The notes: a model not told the origin generated them from the sequence alone. Shown: positions 40,292 through 50,509, numbered from the stretch's first letter. The stretch is DNA of 64,000 nucleotides from Candidatus Heimdallarchaeota archaeon (GCA_020353515.1 CP070695.1:2610155-2674154), one strand, 5' to 3'. Translations and numbers: made by a program.

Positions 40292-41422
40292 TTATCTAGA
40301 ATAATAGGCGGAGAGGTCAAGTCCATGGATTTTTAGAAGTCCGGCCGTTTTACCAGTAATTATTAGAGGTACTTTTTTTAACTCTGAAATATTCCGAGAA
40401 CCAGTAAGGAAACAAGCCACTCTTAGCTGATAGGTGATTTCTTCGATTTTCTGCACAACTGCTTCTGCAGAGTGTTGTTGAACTGTGAAAAGAAATGGAA
40501 TCGCAATCCCGGCTGCATCCGCTCCGAGAGCAATTAATTTTGCAATATCTAATCCACTTCTTACCCCCCCAGATCCAATAATTATTCCATCGAAATTTCT
40601 TTTGGCTAGGATTGTACTTAACACTGTAGGAATTCCCCAATCCCAATAAACTTCCCCAGTGTTCTTAAACTTGGGCAGGCTTGTCCTAATCGCCTCTACC
40701 CCTGCCCATGACGTTCCTCCCGCTCCTTGCACATCAATTGCTTGAAATCCCATCTTCTTAATTACTCTAATATCATGAAGACTAAATCCTGCACCAACTT
40801 CCTTGGCGATAACAGGGACAGAATGAGCTTGAATTAACTGTCTCGTTTTTTCATGGAGTCCTTTTAATTCCGTGTCACCTTCAGGTTGAATTGCCTCTTG
40901 AAGGGGATTAAAATGCACTGCAATGGCATCAGCTTTAATCATGTCAATGAGTTCTTGAAATTGATTATTAGTAAGCCCCTGAGCTATTTGACCCGCTCCT
41001 ATATTTCCAATAATCAGGGAATTGGGTGCTTTTTCTCTCACAATATTAAATGATTCTTTAACCTCATCATTTTCTAGAGCTGCTCTCTGACTTCCTACTC
41101 CCATACCGATATTGGTTTGTTCAACAGCTTGAGATAAAAACGCATTTAATTTGTGGGTAAAATCATGTCCTCCTGTCATCCCTGATATAATTAAGGGAAT
41201 GGAGAGCTTTTTATTAAAAATCTCACATGATAAATCAATCTCGTTAAGATTTAAATCAGTGGTTGCGTGATGCACAAATGAGATATCCTCTAATCCTGTT
41301 GTTATAGCTCGGCCTTGAACATCATGTTCCAAGCAAATTTGGATATGTGCTAGCTTCCTATCGGATGTCAAATTATTTTTTTTCTCAATTTTATCAGTTA
41401 ATACTTTATATTCTGTTTCCAT
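40292..41422 (-). CDS. fni: Type 2 isopentenyl-diphosphate isomerase
   Basis: RKLAH, MTGG, GVGSQR, H.NPLQE..QPEG, KEVG.G, GGTSW, WGIPT. Confidence 0.97.
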   Translation of the reverse strand: METEYKVLTDKIEKKNNLTSDRKLAHIQICLEHDVQGRAITTGLEDISFVHHATTDLNLNEIDLSCEIFNKKLSIPLIISGMTGGHDFTHKLNAFLSQAVEQTNIGMGVGSQRAALENDEVKESFNIVREKAPNSLIIGNIGAGQIAQGLTNNQFQELIDMIKADAIAVHFNPLQEAIQPEGDTELKGLHEKTRQLIQAHSVPVIAKEVGAGFSLHDIRVIKKMGFQAIDVQGAGGTSWAGVEAIRTSLPKFKNTGEVYWDWGIPTVLSTILAKRNFDGIIIGSGGVRSGLDIAKLIALGADAAGIAIPFLFTVQQHSAEAVVQKIEEITYQLRVACFLTGSRNISELKKVPLIITGKTAGLLKIHGLDLSAYYSR

Positions 41423-41434
41423 GTTGGGATTCTC

Positions 41435-42019
41435 TCACTTTACTACTTGCTGTTCACTTTTTTTCCATCGTCTATATTTCTCATTTGGAATATTTAAACA
41501 GTCTAAAACTTTCCCAGTAATGAAATTAAATAAATCTTGGATGTTTTGTGGTTTATGATAGAATCCTGGACTTAATGGGAGAATTATCGCACCATATGTG
41601 GCGAGTTTGTTTAAATTGTGGATGCAGGGGGGACTTAAAGGAGTTTCACGTATTCCTATGATCAAAGGTCGTCGCATCTTGAGCATTATATCAGCTGCCC
41701 GCGAAATAAGATTTTCAGTATTTGCATTGGCGATGTTACTAACTGTTTTTACTGTAGCTGGTATAACAACCATCCCATCTATCAATGTTGAGCTACTGGA
41801 AAGGGGTGCATCCATTTCTTTGCTATCATATACTCGAAAAGCTATTTCTTTGATTTTCGAAACGTCTATCCCTACTTCATCTTGTAGTACATATTCTGCC
41901 CATTCGCTCAAGATAACATGAGTCTCTATTCTGCTTTCTACTAAAGCTTGGAGTACCTCTATTCCATATTGGATTCCAGAAGCCCCTGTTAAAGCAACAA
42001 TTATACGCTTCGATTTCAC
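41435..42019 (-). CDS. ubiX: Flavin prenyltransferase UbiX
   Basis: ALTGASG, RAAD..LK..R.L, RETPL, PGFYH.P. Confidence 0.95.
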   Translation of the reverse strand: MKSKRIIVALTGASGIQYGIEVLQALVESRIETHVILSEWAEYVLQDEVGIDVSKIKEIAFRVYDSKEMDAPLSSSSTLIDGMVVIPATVKTVSNIANANTENLISRAADIMLKMRRPLIIGIRETPLSPPCIHNLNKLATYGAIILPLSPGFYHKPQNIQDLFNFITGKVLDCLNIPNEKYRRWKKSEQQVVK

Positions 42020-42101
42020 GAGATTTCACATCTATTGAGCGCTCTTAACCATCTCTTGTACTAGAAAGAATGAATAGCGGAAAAAGAAAGAATGGAAACT
42101 A

Positions 42102-42491
42102 TTATTCCACTTCAACTACTCCTGCACCAGCATCAATGATTACTTTTGATCCAGTTGTTATTTGACTGGTATCGATTTGATCTACACAGGGGATTTCCCC
42201 AATAATGCACCCAACAGCTACAATCGCTTCGCATTCTTGAAGGATTAGTGCCTTAGGTCCTTTTCCAGTCTTGGCCATTTGATAAATTACATAAGATCCG
42301 ACCGTTGACCCTTTACCTGTCGGAAACACCAGTATTTTATCGGTGGTGTCGACACCTTCTAATTCATGGCCTTTCTCGACTACTATTCCAGTCTCGGGGT
42401 CAACTCCGCCATAAAACGAGATACTATCTTTTGTCACTAGGGCTTCCCCTTCGGTCTTTCCTTGGTAAATTCGTCTACCTGTCAATTTCAT
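42102..42491 (-). CDS. Phosphomevalonate dehydratase small subunit (AcnX, DUF126)
   Basis: ISFYGGVDPETG, GKGSTVGSY; ATG 42491 overlaps upstream stop (ATGA). Confidence 0.92.
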   Translation of the reverse strand: MKLTGRRIYQGKTEGEALVTKDSISFYGGVDPETGIVVEKGHELEGVDTTDKILVFPTGKGSTVGSYVIYQMAKTGKGPKALILQECEAIVAVGCIIGEIPCVDQIDTSQITTGSKVIIDAGAGVVEVE

Positions 42492-43669
42492 TTTAAGGCC
42501 TCCTCTATACATTCATCTACAGACATTAATTTCACTGAAAATTTATTCCTACCCGATCCATAATAACACATTTTAGCTGAATCGGATGCCAAGCCATGAA
42601 ATCGTCCTTTGATTGGAGCGACGACACAACATGTGTCTGCAGCAACTTTTGCTCCTGAATCTTCAATCATTTTTGTAAAACCCATACGATCAGCGATTTG
42701 TTTAGTAGGACGAGCCGTTGTGACCCATACCTCTTTTTGGGGATTTGTTTTTTTACCTTCTAATTGTTTAGCAATGTATTCTAATTCCGCTAGAGAGGCG
42801 TGTGGACATCCTAAGCTTATAAAATCAATCTCTGTATCTTCATCAAGATCAGCCATTGCACCTTTAAGATCATCTTCGTTTACTTCTATAGTCTCAGAAG
42901 GGATCGTTTCAACTCTATCAGGGGTAATGCCTTCCATATGGAATAATGCTACTCCACCATAAGTCGCATATGATGCACAGAATGATTTGAGTTCTTCAAC
43001 AGAAGCTTTTGGAATACCAGTGATATAACTAATCTTCTTTCCCAGACGATCACCTAAGACTTTACCTAATGCTCCAAATTGGAATGTTCCCTCAACTTTT
43101 GTTTTCACTTCAACCTTTACACTTGGCTGCCTGTTTTCATCAAGGTGAAAACCATATTCAGGTGTCTTTCCGACAAGAGCTGCACTGAGAGCGCTGGGGC
43201 CGCCTTCTCGGTTCGTTCTAGCACCTAAGACTGAGTTTGCATAGCAGACCGCGCTACTTTCAGACCAAGCAATGTGTTGACCATAATGAGGCAAGTTACC
43301 ATATAGGTAGGGAGTGCAACTGCAAGTAGTAATCACACCCATCTTTCCAAACGCTTCAACAACCCGGTGTTGGTTTTCTGCGAAATCTTCACTGATGGCT
43401 AATTTTTTCCATTCTTCAAGGTCCATACCCGCAGGATTGAGAGTGGTAAAAACTCTTACTTTGCCATCAACAGCCATATCAGCTAACCATTCTAGGCCAG
43501 GTTCGTTTAAGTTAGCATAACTTACACCTGCAATTTGGACAGATGTGATATCAATCATCCGCTTGGCACCATAAATATCCCCAAGCGTGACTAATATTTC
43601 CATAGCTTTTTGTGTGGCTTTTCCATACTTGCCTGCAGCCATATCTTGTTCTTCATTAGTTAGTTCCAT
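42488..43669 (-). CDS. Phosphomevalonate dehydratase large subunit (AcnX, DUF521)
   Basis: GVSY, TTLNP, CSCTPY, WSESSA, GARTNREG, GCPH, DTC.VV, SAK. Confidence 0.93.
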   Translation of the reverse strand: MELTNEEQDMAAGKYGKATQKAMEILVTLGDIYGAKRMIDITSVQIAGVSYANLNEPGLEWLADMAVDGKVRVFTTLNPAGMDLEEWKKLAISEDFAENQHRVVEAFGKMGVITTCSCTPYLYGNLPHYGQHIAWSESSAVCYANSVLGARTNREGGPSALSAALVGKTPEYGFHLDENRQPSVKVEVKTKVEGTFQFGALGKVLGDRLGKKISYITGIPKASVEELKSFCASYATYGGVALFHMEGITPDRVETIPSETIEVNEDDLKGAMADLDEDTEIDFISLGCPHASLAELEYIAKQLEGKKTNPQKEVWVTTARPTKQIADRMGFTKMIEDSGAKVAADTCCVVAPIKGRFHGLASDSAKMCYYGSGRNKFSVKLMSVDECIEEALK

Positions 43670-43686
43670 ACTTCATCTCCTCATTT

Positions 43687-44999
43687 TCACATATAATCTT
43701 TTAAATCAACTTCGGGAAATTCAGCCCGAGTAAAACTTTTCCCCTTTGTCACCAAAGGGGCAGTAAAATCAAAACCAATTTTATTTGTGATTTTCGTCCC
43801 TGGTTCTGCACTCGGGTCTAAGCTAGAACCTGGTTCCTTTCCCATGTCTACTAAGTCTCTTTCAGCCTGAAAACGAGTTGCCATTGACCATTCCACTTCT
43901 AAGGGGTTATAGATATCAATATCTTTATCGACAACAAATACATGTTTACAGCTTCTATGTCCAGCGAAGGCAGCACGTATAGCTTTCTTTCCATCTTCTT
44001 CGTTCTGTTTATCGATCCTCACTATGGCATGAAGCCATGAGGAACCACCAGGGTTTACATTTACATCTAAACATTTTACCCCTGCTTCATTCACAGACTT
44101 GAATATTGTGGGCTCTCGAGGCATCCCCATAAGGACCTTATGTTCTAAGGCACCTGGGACAAGAGCTTGCCATACTGGGTTTTTCCTATGAGTGACCGTT
44201 TTCACTTCAAAAACAGGTTCATCACGTGTGATATCATATGTTTCAGTAAGATCGATGAATGGCCCTTCTTCCGCACGATCTTTCATGAATACTTTTCCTT
44301 CGAGTACTACCTCACACCCCGCAGGAATTAAGAGATCAACTGAATGGGCTTTTGTCACCTCCGTTTTTGCAAGAGCATTAGCAATCTCTAATTCGTTGAT
44401 TCCCGTTTTTACAGATGTTGCAGCAGCAACAAGTATGTTGGGGGTGTTTCCGACGCAATAAGCTGCCTCTACTTCTCCTGTTCTTTCAAGAAACTTGTAG
44501 AAATCACGTCCTTTAATTATCCGTGTACTCATTCGACTTTCTGAAAATTGCATAGCCCGATGAAAATCAAGGTTTTGACCAAATTCAGGATCTTTGGTCA
44601 CAACAACAGCGGAAGAAATGTATCTACCACCGTCTCGTTCATTATGTTTTAATATTGGAAGTTTATCCAGATTAACTCCATCCATAACAACTTCTTGACA
44701 TGGCGCACCGCTGATTTCCTCGGGTTTCGATTGTCAATCGCTGCTGTCAGTTTAGGAATTAAATCTGCTGTAGTGATTTTAAAATAATCTGCAATGCTTT
44801 CCTTTGTACAAAAAACGTTACCTGAGACCTGAAAATCAGAATATCCTTTTACATTTTCAAATAAAAGGGGGGTTGGTTCTGCTGCCTTTAAGACTGCCGC
44901 TGCTTCTATATCTATGCTAACTTCTTTCTTTATGCTAGTAATTTTTCCACTTTTTTTAAGTTCATTTAGATATTCCCGAAAGTACATTTTATTTTCCAC
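43687..44999 (-). pseudogene. ubiD: UbiD-family (anhydromevalonate phosphate) decarboxylase split by one frameshift
   Basis: 44649-44999 ORF gives the N-terminus; the -1 frame near 44725 gives KPEEISGAPCQEVV, continuous with the 43687-44685 ORF (DGGRY, EEGPF, EH, VD.DIDI, ATRF, SLDPS); may be an assembly indel. Confidence 0.85.
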
Positions 45000-45014
45000 C
45001 TTCTATACTAGAGC

Positions 45015-45956
45015 TTATACTCCAATTAGAGTTTTCCATGCGGGATGTCCCGCGTCTTTTAATGCGTTGTATACTTTATCTTGAAGTTCTGATCCAGGGG
45101 TTAAAGCGATTATATTTCCTCCTCTTCCAGTTCCAGTTACTTTGGCTCCTAAAGCTCCGTTATCTCTTGCAAGCTTGACCATTTTATCCAAAACATCATT
45201 AGATACAGTGACCTTTTGAAGCAGTTCATGATTTGTGTTCATGAGTTTCCCCACTTGCTCTAATTCCATGTTTTCTAGTGCTTCTCGCCCTTCTTTAATT
45301 ACTTCTTGATATTCTTTAACTATCCCTTCAAACCACTCAGGGTTCTCCTCCTTCTTTTTCCGAACATCTCCAACAACAACTGCTGTATTAGCTGTCATTC
45401 CTGAGCTTGCAATCACTAATTCAATTGGTTTTTCTAGTTTTATTGTTTCTATTGTATTGGGGCCCCCCTTGAGATTTCGAATGAAATAAACTAATCCACC
45501 AAATGTTGAAGCAGTATTATCAATTCCACTAGGAGTACCATGATATCCCTTTTCACCTTCATAAGCAGCATTATTTATTTTCTCATTATCCCATCCTAGG
45601 TTAAATTCATCATTGATTGCTCTCGCAAGTGAAACACAGTTTGCTGCAGATGCTCCAACACCACTAGCACAAACAAGATCTCCACCGAATGTTATCTTCA
45701 GGGAGGTTCCTTCTAGGTTAACTCCCATAAACTCCAAAACATTTTTTATGGCTACTTTTTGCTCGTTAAACTTCTTTTCCTTATATCCAGGGATTTCTGG
45801 TCGGTTATCATTCAATTCATACCCTTTTCCTTCTTTAGATTCAACAACACATGTAGTAGTATCACCTATTGCGGATGCAAGCGCAGGTACACCATATACA
45901 ACAAAATGTTCTCCAAATAAAATGGTTTTTCCATAGCCAGATCCTTTACCAGCCAT
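45015..45956 (-). CDS. mvk: Mevalonate kinase (GHMP)
   Basis: GKTILFGEHFVVYG, GVGASAA, HGTPSGID, GAKVTGTGRGG. Confidence 0.95.
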   Translation of the reverse strand: MAGKGSGYGKTILFGEHFVVYGVPALASAIGDTTTCVVESKEGKGYELNDNRPEIPGYKEKKFNEQKVAIKNVLEFMGVNLEGTSLKITFGGDLVCASGVGASAANCVSLARAINDEFNLGWDNEKINNAAYEGEKGYHGTPSGIDNTASTFGGLVYFIRNLKGGPNTIETIKLEKPIELVIASSGMTANTAVVVGDVRKKKEENPEWFEGIVKEYQEVIKEGREALENMELEQVGKLMNTNHELLQKVTVSNDVLDKMVKLARDNGALGAKVTGTGRGGNIIALTPGSELQDKVYNALKDAGHPAWKTLIGV

Positions 45957-46262
45957 TTTTATCACCTAATATTTTCTTCCATAAAATTCTCAAAAAACTG
46001 ATTACTTTTTATCAATTTGTAAGTGGAGCTAAAAAATACTTCTGACTGAAAGTAACGAAAAGAAACCCGTTACGTCATTTCCTGATACCCTTACACCCCT
46101 ATATTGAATTTTTATGGCTTACTGTTAATAATGCTTTTCAATAAATTCATAGATTTCTTAAAGGGATAATGTATTTTTACAATCTTGAAAAATTTCTCCT
46201 TTCCACTTATTATGGCCCATTTTGAGAAAGATTGATATAATTAAGAATTAATACTTATAGAT

Positions 46263-47459
46263 ATGAAAACCCTTTCAGATATTGATGTAAAAGGAAAGGT
46301 TTGCTTAACTCGCGTTGATTTCAATTCTCCATTAGATGAGAATAATAACCTCCTTGATACGACGAGAATTAAGGCTCATGCCAAAACAATCAAACGTATT
46401 TCTGACAATAAAGGGAAAGTTGTAGTTATAGCCCACCAAGGACGACCAGGCAGTTCTGATTTTACCAAACTCAAACTTCATGCTGAAAATCTACAAGAAA
46501 TCCTAGGAAAGAATTATAATATAAGTTATAGTCCCTTTACTCACGGACCAGAAGCAGAAATCCTCATAAATTCCTTGAATTCGGGAAATATCCTTGTTTT
46601 GGAAAATGTGCGAATGGTAGAAAATGAGATGAAGAATAGACCAGCAGAGGAACACGCTAAGGATCCTTATATCAAGAGTTTAGCCAAAGTTGGGGATATT
46701 TTTGTGAATGATGCCTTTTCAGCAGCGCATCGTTCTCATGCAAGTTTAGTTGGGTTTACTACACTTATGCCTTCTGTTGCTGGATTAATCATGGAACATG
46801 AGGTTGTTAATCTTCAACGAGTCGTCGATAATCCAGAAAAGCCTTGTATTTTTATTTTAGGTGGAATAAAACCCGAAGACTCGTTTAAAGTGGGAGAATA
46901 TGTTCTAGAAAATAATATCGCTGATTCTGTTTTAACTGGTGGTACGATTTCTCAACTTCTTTTACTTGCCATGGAAAAACCATTGGGCGAATCTACAATG
47001 AATTTTTTAGAGAAGAAAAAGCTTCTCCAATTTCTTGAGACTGCTAAAAATCTCTACAGGCGATTTGGTGAGCAAATCAAGACTCAGTTTGATTTTGCTG
47101 TTGATGAAGGAGGACGTAAACTTTATTCACTTGGAGATCTTCCTCTTGACTCACCAATTTTAGATATTGGTGACCAAACAATTGAAGAGTACGCAAGAAT
47201 TATAGAACGAGCTTCTACAATAGTTTTAAATGGCCCTATGGGAAAATTTGAACAGTCAGGGTTTGAAAACGGAACTTTAGCTGTTTTTAAGGCAATGGAA
47301 AAATCGAATGGGTTTTCTTTAGCGGGTGGAGGTCATAGCGTATCAATTATTGAGAAAAATGACATTAAACTCTCATATGTGAGTACTGCTGGTGGTGCCA
47401 TGATCCAGTTCTTGATGGGAAAACCTCTCCCTGCCATAATAGCTTTGAATGCAAACTAG
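46263..47459 (+). CDS. pgk: Phosphoglycerate kinase
   Basis: RVDFNSP, HQGRPG, LENVR, NDAF..AHR, NGPMG.FE, GGGH, STAGGA. Confidence 0.97.
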   Translation: MKTLSDIDVKGKVCLTRVDFNSPLDENNNLLDTTRIKAHAKTIKRISDNKGKVVVIAHQGRPGSSDFTKLKLHAENLQEILGKNYNISYSPFTHGPEAEILINSLNSGNILVLENVRMVENEMKNRPAEEHAKDPYIKSLAKVGDIFVNDAFSAAHRSHASLVGFTTLMPSVAGLIMEHEVVNLQRVVDNPEKPCIFILGGIKPEDSFKVGEYVLENNIADSVLTGGTISQLLLLAMEKPLGESTMNFLEKKKLLQFLETAKNLYRRFGEQIKTQFDFAVDEGGRKLYSLGDLPLDSPILDIGDQTIEEYARIIERASTIVLNGPMGKFEQSGFENGTLAVFKAMEKSNGFSLAGGGHSVSIIEKNDIKLSYVSTAGGAMIQFLMGKPLPAIIALNAN

Positions 47460-47554
47460 ATGATTTTTATGATTTATTAGCTTTTATAGAATCGGAAGAA
47501 ATAAAAAGTAAATTAGAGGAAAAAAATTCGAAGTATGTAATAGTTGGTTTGAAC

Positions 47555-48049
47555 ATGACTGATTCTAAAGATATTGAGCAGCTTAAAGCAGATCTAGAAC
47601 TAGTTACTAAAACAGCTAAAGTTCTTGCAAATAAGCTGGAAAAAATTTCTCAAAGATTTGAACAACTGTTCATAACCGTGGAAGGAATATCAACCATCCC
47701 GCAAGCGCCGTCTCAAAAAATTGAAGAAATTCAACCAACTCCCAAGCCAGCACCAGCCCCAACACCCTCAGCACAGGCTGTTAGCTCTGGAGGAAGCACA
47801 AAAGCGGGACGATTACTGGATTCTTTTTTAGGTCAGGTTCAGACTATGACTAAGGGAAAAGAGATATCTAAATTGTTATCACGGTTACGAGATCAAGTTA
47901 TGCAGTCTGCAGAGGTGGGTTTTCATCCTGCTTTTCATGAAATGGGAAGATATGCAGATCAAATTAAAAATATTAGTGAAATTACCGCAGCAGAAAAGGA
48001 ACAGCTTTTTGAAAAAATTTATGATTGGAAAGCACGGTTAACTGGGTGA
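47555..48049 (+). CDS. Coiled coil, Pro-rich linker and four-helix bundle protein (Vps28-CTD-like?)
   Basis: N-terminal heptads, PTPKPAPAPTP linker, four amphipathic helices; family call is tentative. Confidence 0.6.
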   Translation: MTDSKDIEQLKADLELVTKTAKVLANKLEKISQRFEQLFITVEGISTIPQAPSQKIEEIQPTPKPAPAPTPSAQAVSSGGSTKAGRLLDSFLGQVQTMTKGKEISKLLSRLRDQVMQSAEVGFHPAFHEMGRYADQIKNISEITAAEKEQLFEKIYDWKARLTG

Positions 48050-48091
48050 CCACGTCTCATCCATTAAAAAAGAAATACTAATGTAAGGAAT

Positions 48092-48619
48092 TCACCCTGA
48101 TCTCACGTGATTCCCGCATTTATTACAGAAAAATGCGTTTTGGGGGATAGTTGCTCCGCAAGATGGACATTTCTGGCGATTCTCGTAGAAGCTGTTGCTA
48201 ACGCTAAAAAATTGGTCTTTTTCTTCTTCATCATCTTTCGATTGAAAAAGAGATGAATTAAAAGGTGAAAAAGATGGTTGTACTGGGTTATCTGGTTTAG
48301 ATGACGGAAAAGAGCTATTTGATGGTGGAAAACTGGAATCTTTGTGTTGATCATTTAGTCGAGCTGTTAAATCCTCAAGTTGGGTTGTGATCTGAGACAT
48401 ATATGGAATAAAAGGACAACTATTGTCTGTATTTCCTTCAACCGTATTTTGATAAGATGTTGACTCTGGTGGAAAGAGCTTGAATCCGATTTTTAGTCCT
48501 TCAGAACCCTCAGTTATTGCTATTCCTTGTTCTAACAACCCTCTTATGACTTCTTTGGCCGAATAAACCCGTCCCTTAATGATGATCTGGCCTGAAATCT
48601 GATCGAAAGGATTATTCAT
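48092..48619 (-). CDS. Protein with Ser/Pro/Phe-rich disordered region and C-terminal zinc ribbon
   Basis: CPSCG.......FCNKCG. Confidence 0.75.
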   Translation of the reverse strand: MNNPFDQISGQIIIKGRVYSAKEVIRGLLEQGIAITEGSEGLKIGFKLFPPESTSYQNTVEGNTDNSCPFIPYMSQITTQLEDLTARLNDQHKDSSFPPSNSSFPSSKPDNPVQPSFSPFNSSLFQSKDDEEEKDQFFSVSNSFYENRQKCPSCGATIPQNAFFCNKCGNHVRSG

Positions 48620-48922
48620 ACCTAAGAGTCCTCGAATATAAAGGATCGCTGATGAATTATAGAATTCGTAACATTAACGTATCATCATGTAGATCTTTCT
48701 AAACCCTAAAAAGCTCTCTTTGGACTTTTTATCATTATTTATCTGATTTTAAAAACCTAAAGCGAATCTATTGAGAGGAGATCAAGGAAATTTTTTGACA
48801 AATCAACTAGTAATCAAACCACATTGCAATTTATCAACAAATTTTTAGGAGGTTTTTTAAACTAATAAGTGGAGAAGAATAATAGTAACCAATATAATCA
48901 TAGTTAATTTAGAGGTGAAAGA

Positions 48923-49165
48923 ATGCCTGCAGCTTTTGTGTTAGTAAATGCTGAGATTGGATCAGAAGATGAAGTCCTTGAGGACTTAAAATCCACTAAA
49001 GGGGTCGTGGGTGCGTGGATTGTTTATGGTGTTTATGACATTGTCGCTAAAGTTGAAGCCGATACCATGGACGAATTGAAAGAAATCATTACGAGTAACA
49101 TTCGAGGATTGGACAACGTTCGGTCAACCTTAACCATGATTGTAGTCGAAGGAGCAAATGAATAG
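48923..49165 (+). CDS. Stand-alone Lrp/AsnC ligand-binding (RAM) domain protein
   Basis: AFVLVN, VYGVYDI..KVE, IR....VRSTLT; GAGGTGA SD. Confidence 0.92.
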   Translation: MPAAFVLVNAEIGSEDEVLEDLKSTKGVVGAWIVYGVYDIVAKVEADTMDELKEIITSNIRGLDNVRSTLTMIVVEGANE

Positions 49166-49182
49166 ACTTCATTTCCCTTCTT

Positions 49183-49235
49183 GACTGGACCTTATTGATA
49201 GTAATTAAAACACTACGTCCAGTCTTTCTTTTTTT
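49183..49235 (+). terminator. Stem-loop plus T-tract after the RAM-domain gene
   Basis: GACTGGAC/GTCCAGTC 8-bp stem followed by TTTCTTTTTTT. Confidence 0.5.
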
Positions 49236-49333
49236 AATACTGTTTTTCGAAGCGAAGACTAAATTATCTTCTGAACTCTAGCTTTTTTTGATAATTTCTT
49301 CTATGAAAAGCACAAATTATTGAGGGATCATTC

Positions 49334-50026
49334 CTGAAAGAGCTATTAAAAGGTATAACTTGGCTACTTGGCCAGGGTTTAGATTGTAATGTGTTTATTA
49401 TCGAATCCAAAGGCGAATCCTTGATGATTGATTCAGGCCTAGGTCTTGGTTTTGGAGGCCAAAAAAATAGCACTGAAATTTTAAAGGATACTATTTCTAG
49501 TAAGGGCCTTTCTCAAATTTTGTTAACTCATGGGCATATAGACCATGTTGGTGGTCTTATGGCCCTCCAATCCAAGATTGAGCTAGAGGTAATAGCGTCA
49601 GAAATCGAAGCTCAACATTTGAAGTCGGGAGACAGCTCCTATATCGAACCATTTATGGGATCCCAATGCTCCCCCATCGAAATCACTAAAGAAGTAGTTG
49701 AAGGAGATGTCTTTTATGTTGGTAATTTTTCGTTTGATGTATTGCACACTCCTGGCCACACTCATGGATCAATTTCCTTGTGGGATGAAAAAAATAGAAT
49801 CTTAATCAGTGGGGATACAGTTTTTCCTCAAGGATCCTTTGGCAGAACTGATTTACGTACGGGAAATAGTAATGATATGGTGGAATCACTAAAACGCTTA
49901 TCAAGTTTAGATATTCGAGTTCTACTTCCAGGACACATGCCTCCAGTAATTTCCGCTAGTGGATCTCCTCTTAATTCAGTAAAGCAGTCATTCCAAAATG
50001 CTCGGATGATGTTGTCGTACTATTGA
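49334..50026 (+). CDS. Metallo-beta-lactamase fold hydrolase
   Basis: THGHIDHVGG, HTPGHT, SGDT.F, GRTD, PGH; probable CTG start at 49334 after GAGGGA. Confidence 0.9.
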   Translation: MKELLKGITWLLGQGLDCNVFIIESKGESLMIDSGLGLGFGGQKNSTEILKDTISSKGLSQILLTHGHIDHVGGLMALQSKIELEVIASEIEAQHLKSGDSSYIEPFMGSQCSPIEITKEVVEGDVFYVGNFSFDVLHTPGHTHGSISLWDEKNRILISGDTVFPQGSFGRTDLRTGNSNDMVESLKRLSSLDIRVLLPGHMPPVISASGSPLNSVKQSFQNARMMLSYY

Positions 50027-50509
50027 GACAATTTGATTACATGTTTCATCAATTGTAATATTATCGTTATAAATTTCAACAATCTCTTGACCTGGAAAAA
50101 ATTCAACAGCCTCATAATATACGATATTCATTATTTCAGCTTCAAGATTAGATTCGATTTTGTCTTTGGGATAATTTCGGGAAGTTAATCGTTGTTTGAG
50201 GATGTTGACACCGCAACGTAAGACAATAATAAGATCAATAACGTTTTTCAGAGGAATTATTCCTCCAACTAAGCATAACCGCTTTTTATCAGTTATTATT
50301 GACTCTATATGAGAAATTAATAGCTCGTCATCAATGATTACAGAATCTCGATTAATATCATACCCTAGATAGAATCCTTTCTCAAGGACAAGTGTGTTTA
50401 TCTCTAAATAATCAAGAGATAATTGTTTGCTAAGCTTCTTTGCTACACTTGTCTTTCCTGTTCCAGTTACTCCGGTAATATACAAGCAAAACGGAGAAAG
50501 ATCAACCAT
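49988..50509 (-). CDS. Adenylate kinase 6/Fap7-like NMP kinase
   Basis: ITGVTGTGKT, VLRC....L..RL..R.Y...KI..N.EAE. Confidence 0.88.
   Translation of the reverse strand: MVDLSPFCLYITGVTGTGKTSVAKKLSKQLSLDYLEINTLVLEKGFYLGYDINRDSVIIDDELLISHIESIITDKKRLCLVGGIIPLKNVIDLIIVLRCGVNILKQRLTSRNYPKDKIESNLEAEIMNIVYYEAVEFFPGQEIVEIYNDNITIDETCNQIVSIVRQHHPSILE

Noticed and set aside
44715-44735. Programmed -1 frameshift in ubiD
   Set aside because: No canonical slippery heptamer or clear stimulatory structure
49183-49224. SECIS-like element
   Set aside because: No GA/GA quartet on both strands and no in-frame TGA in the upstream gene; treated as a terminator-like hairpin
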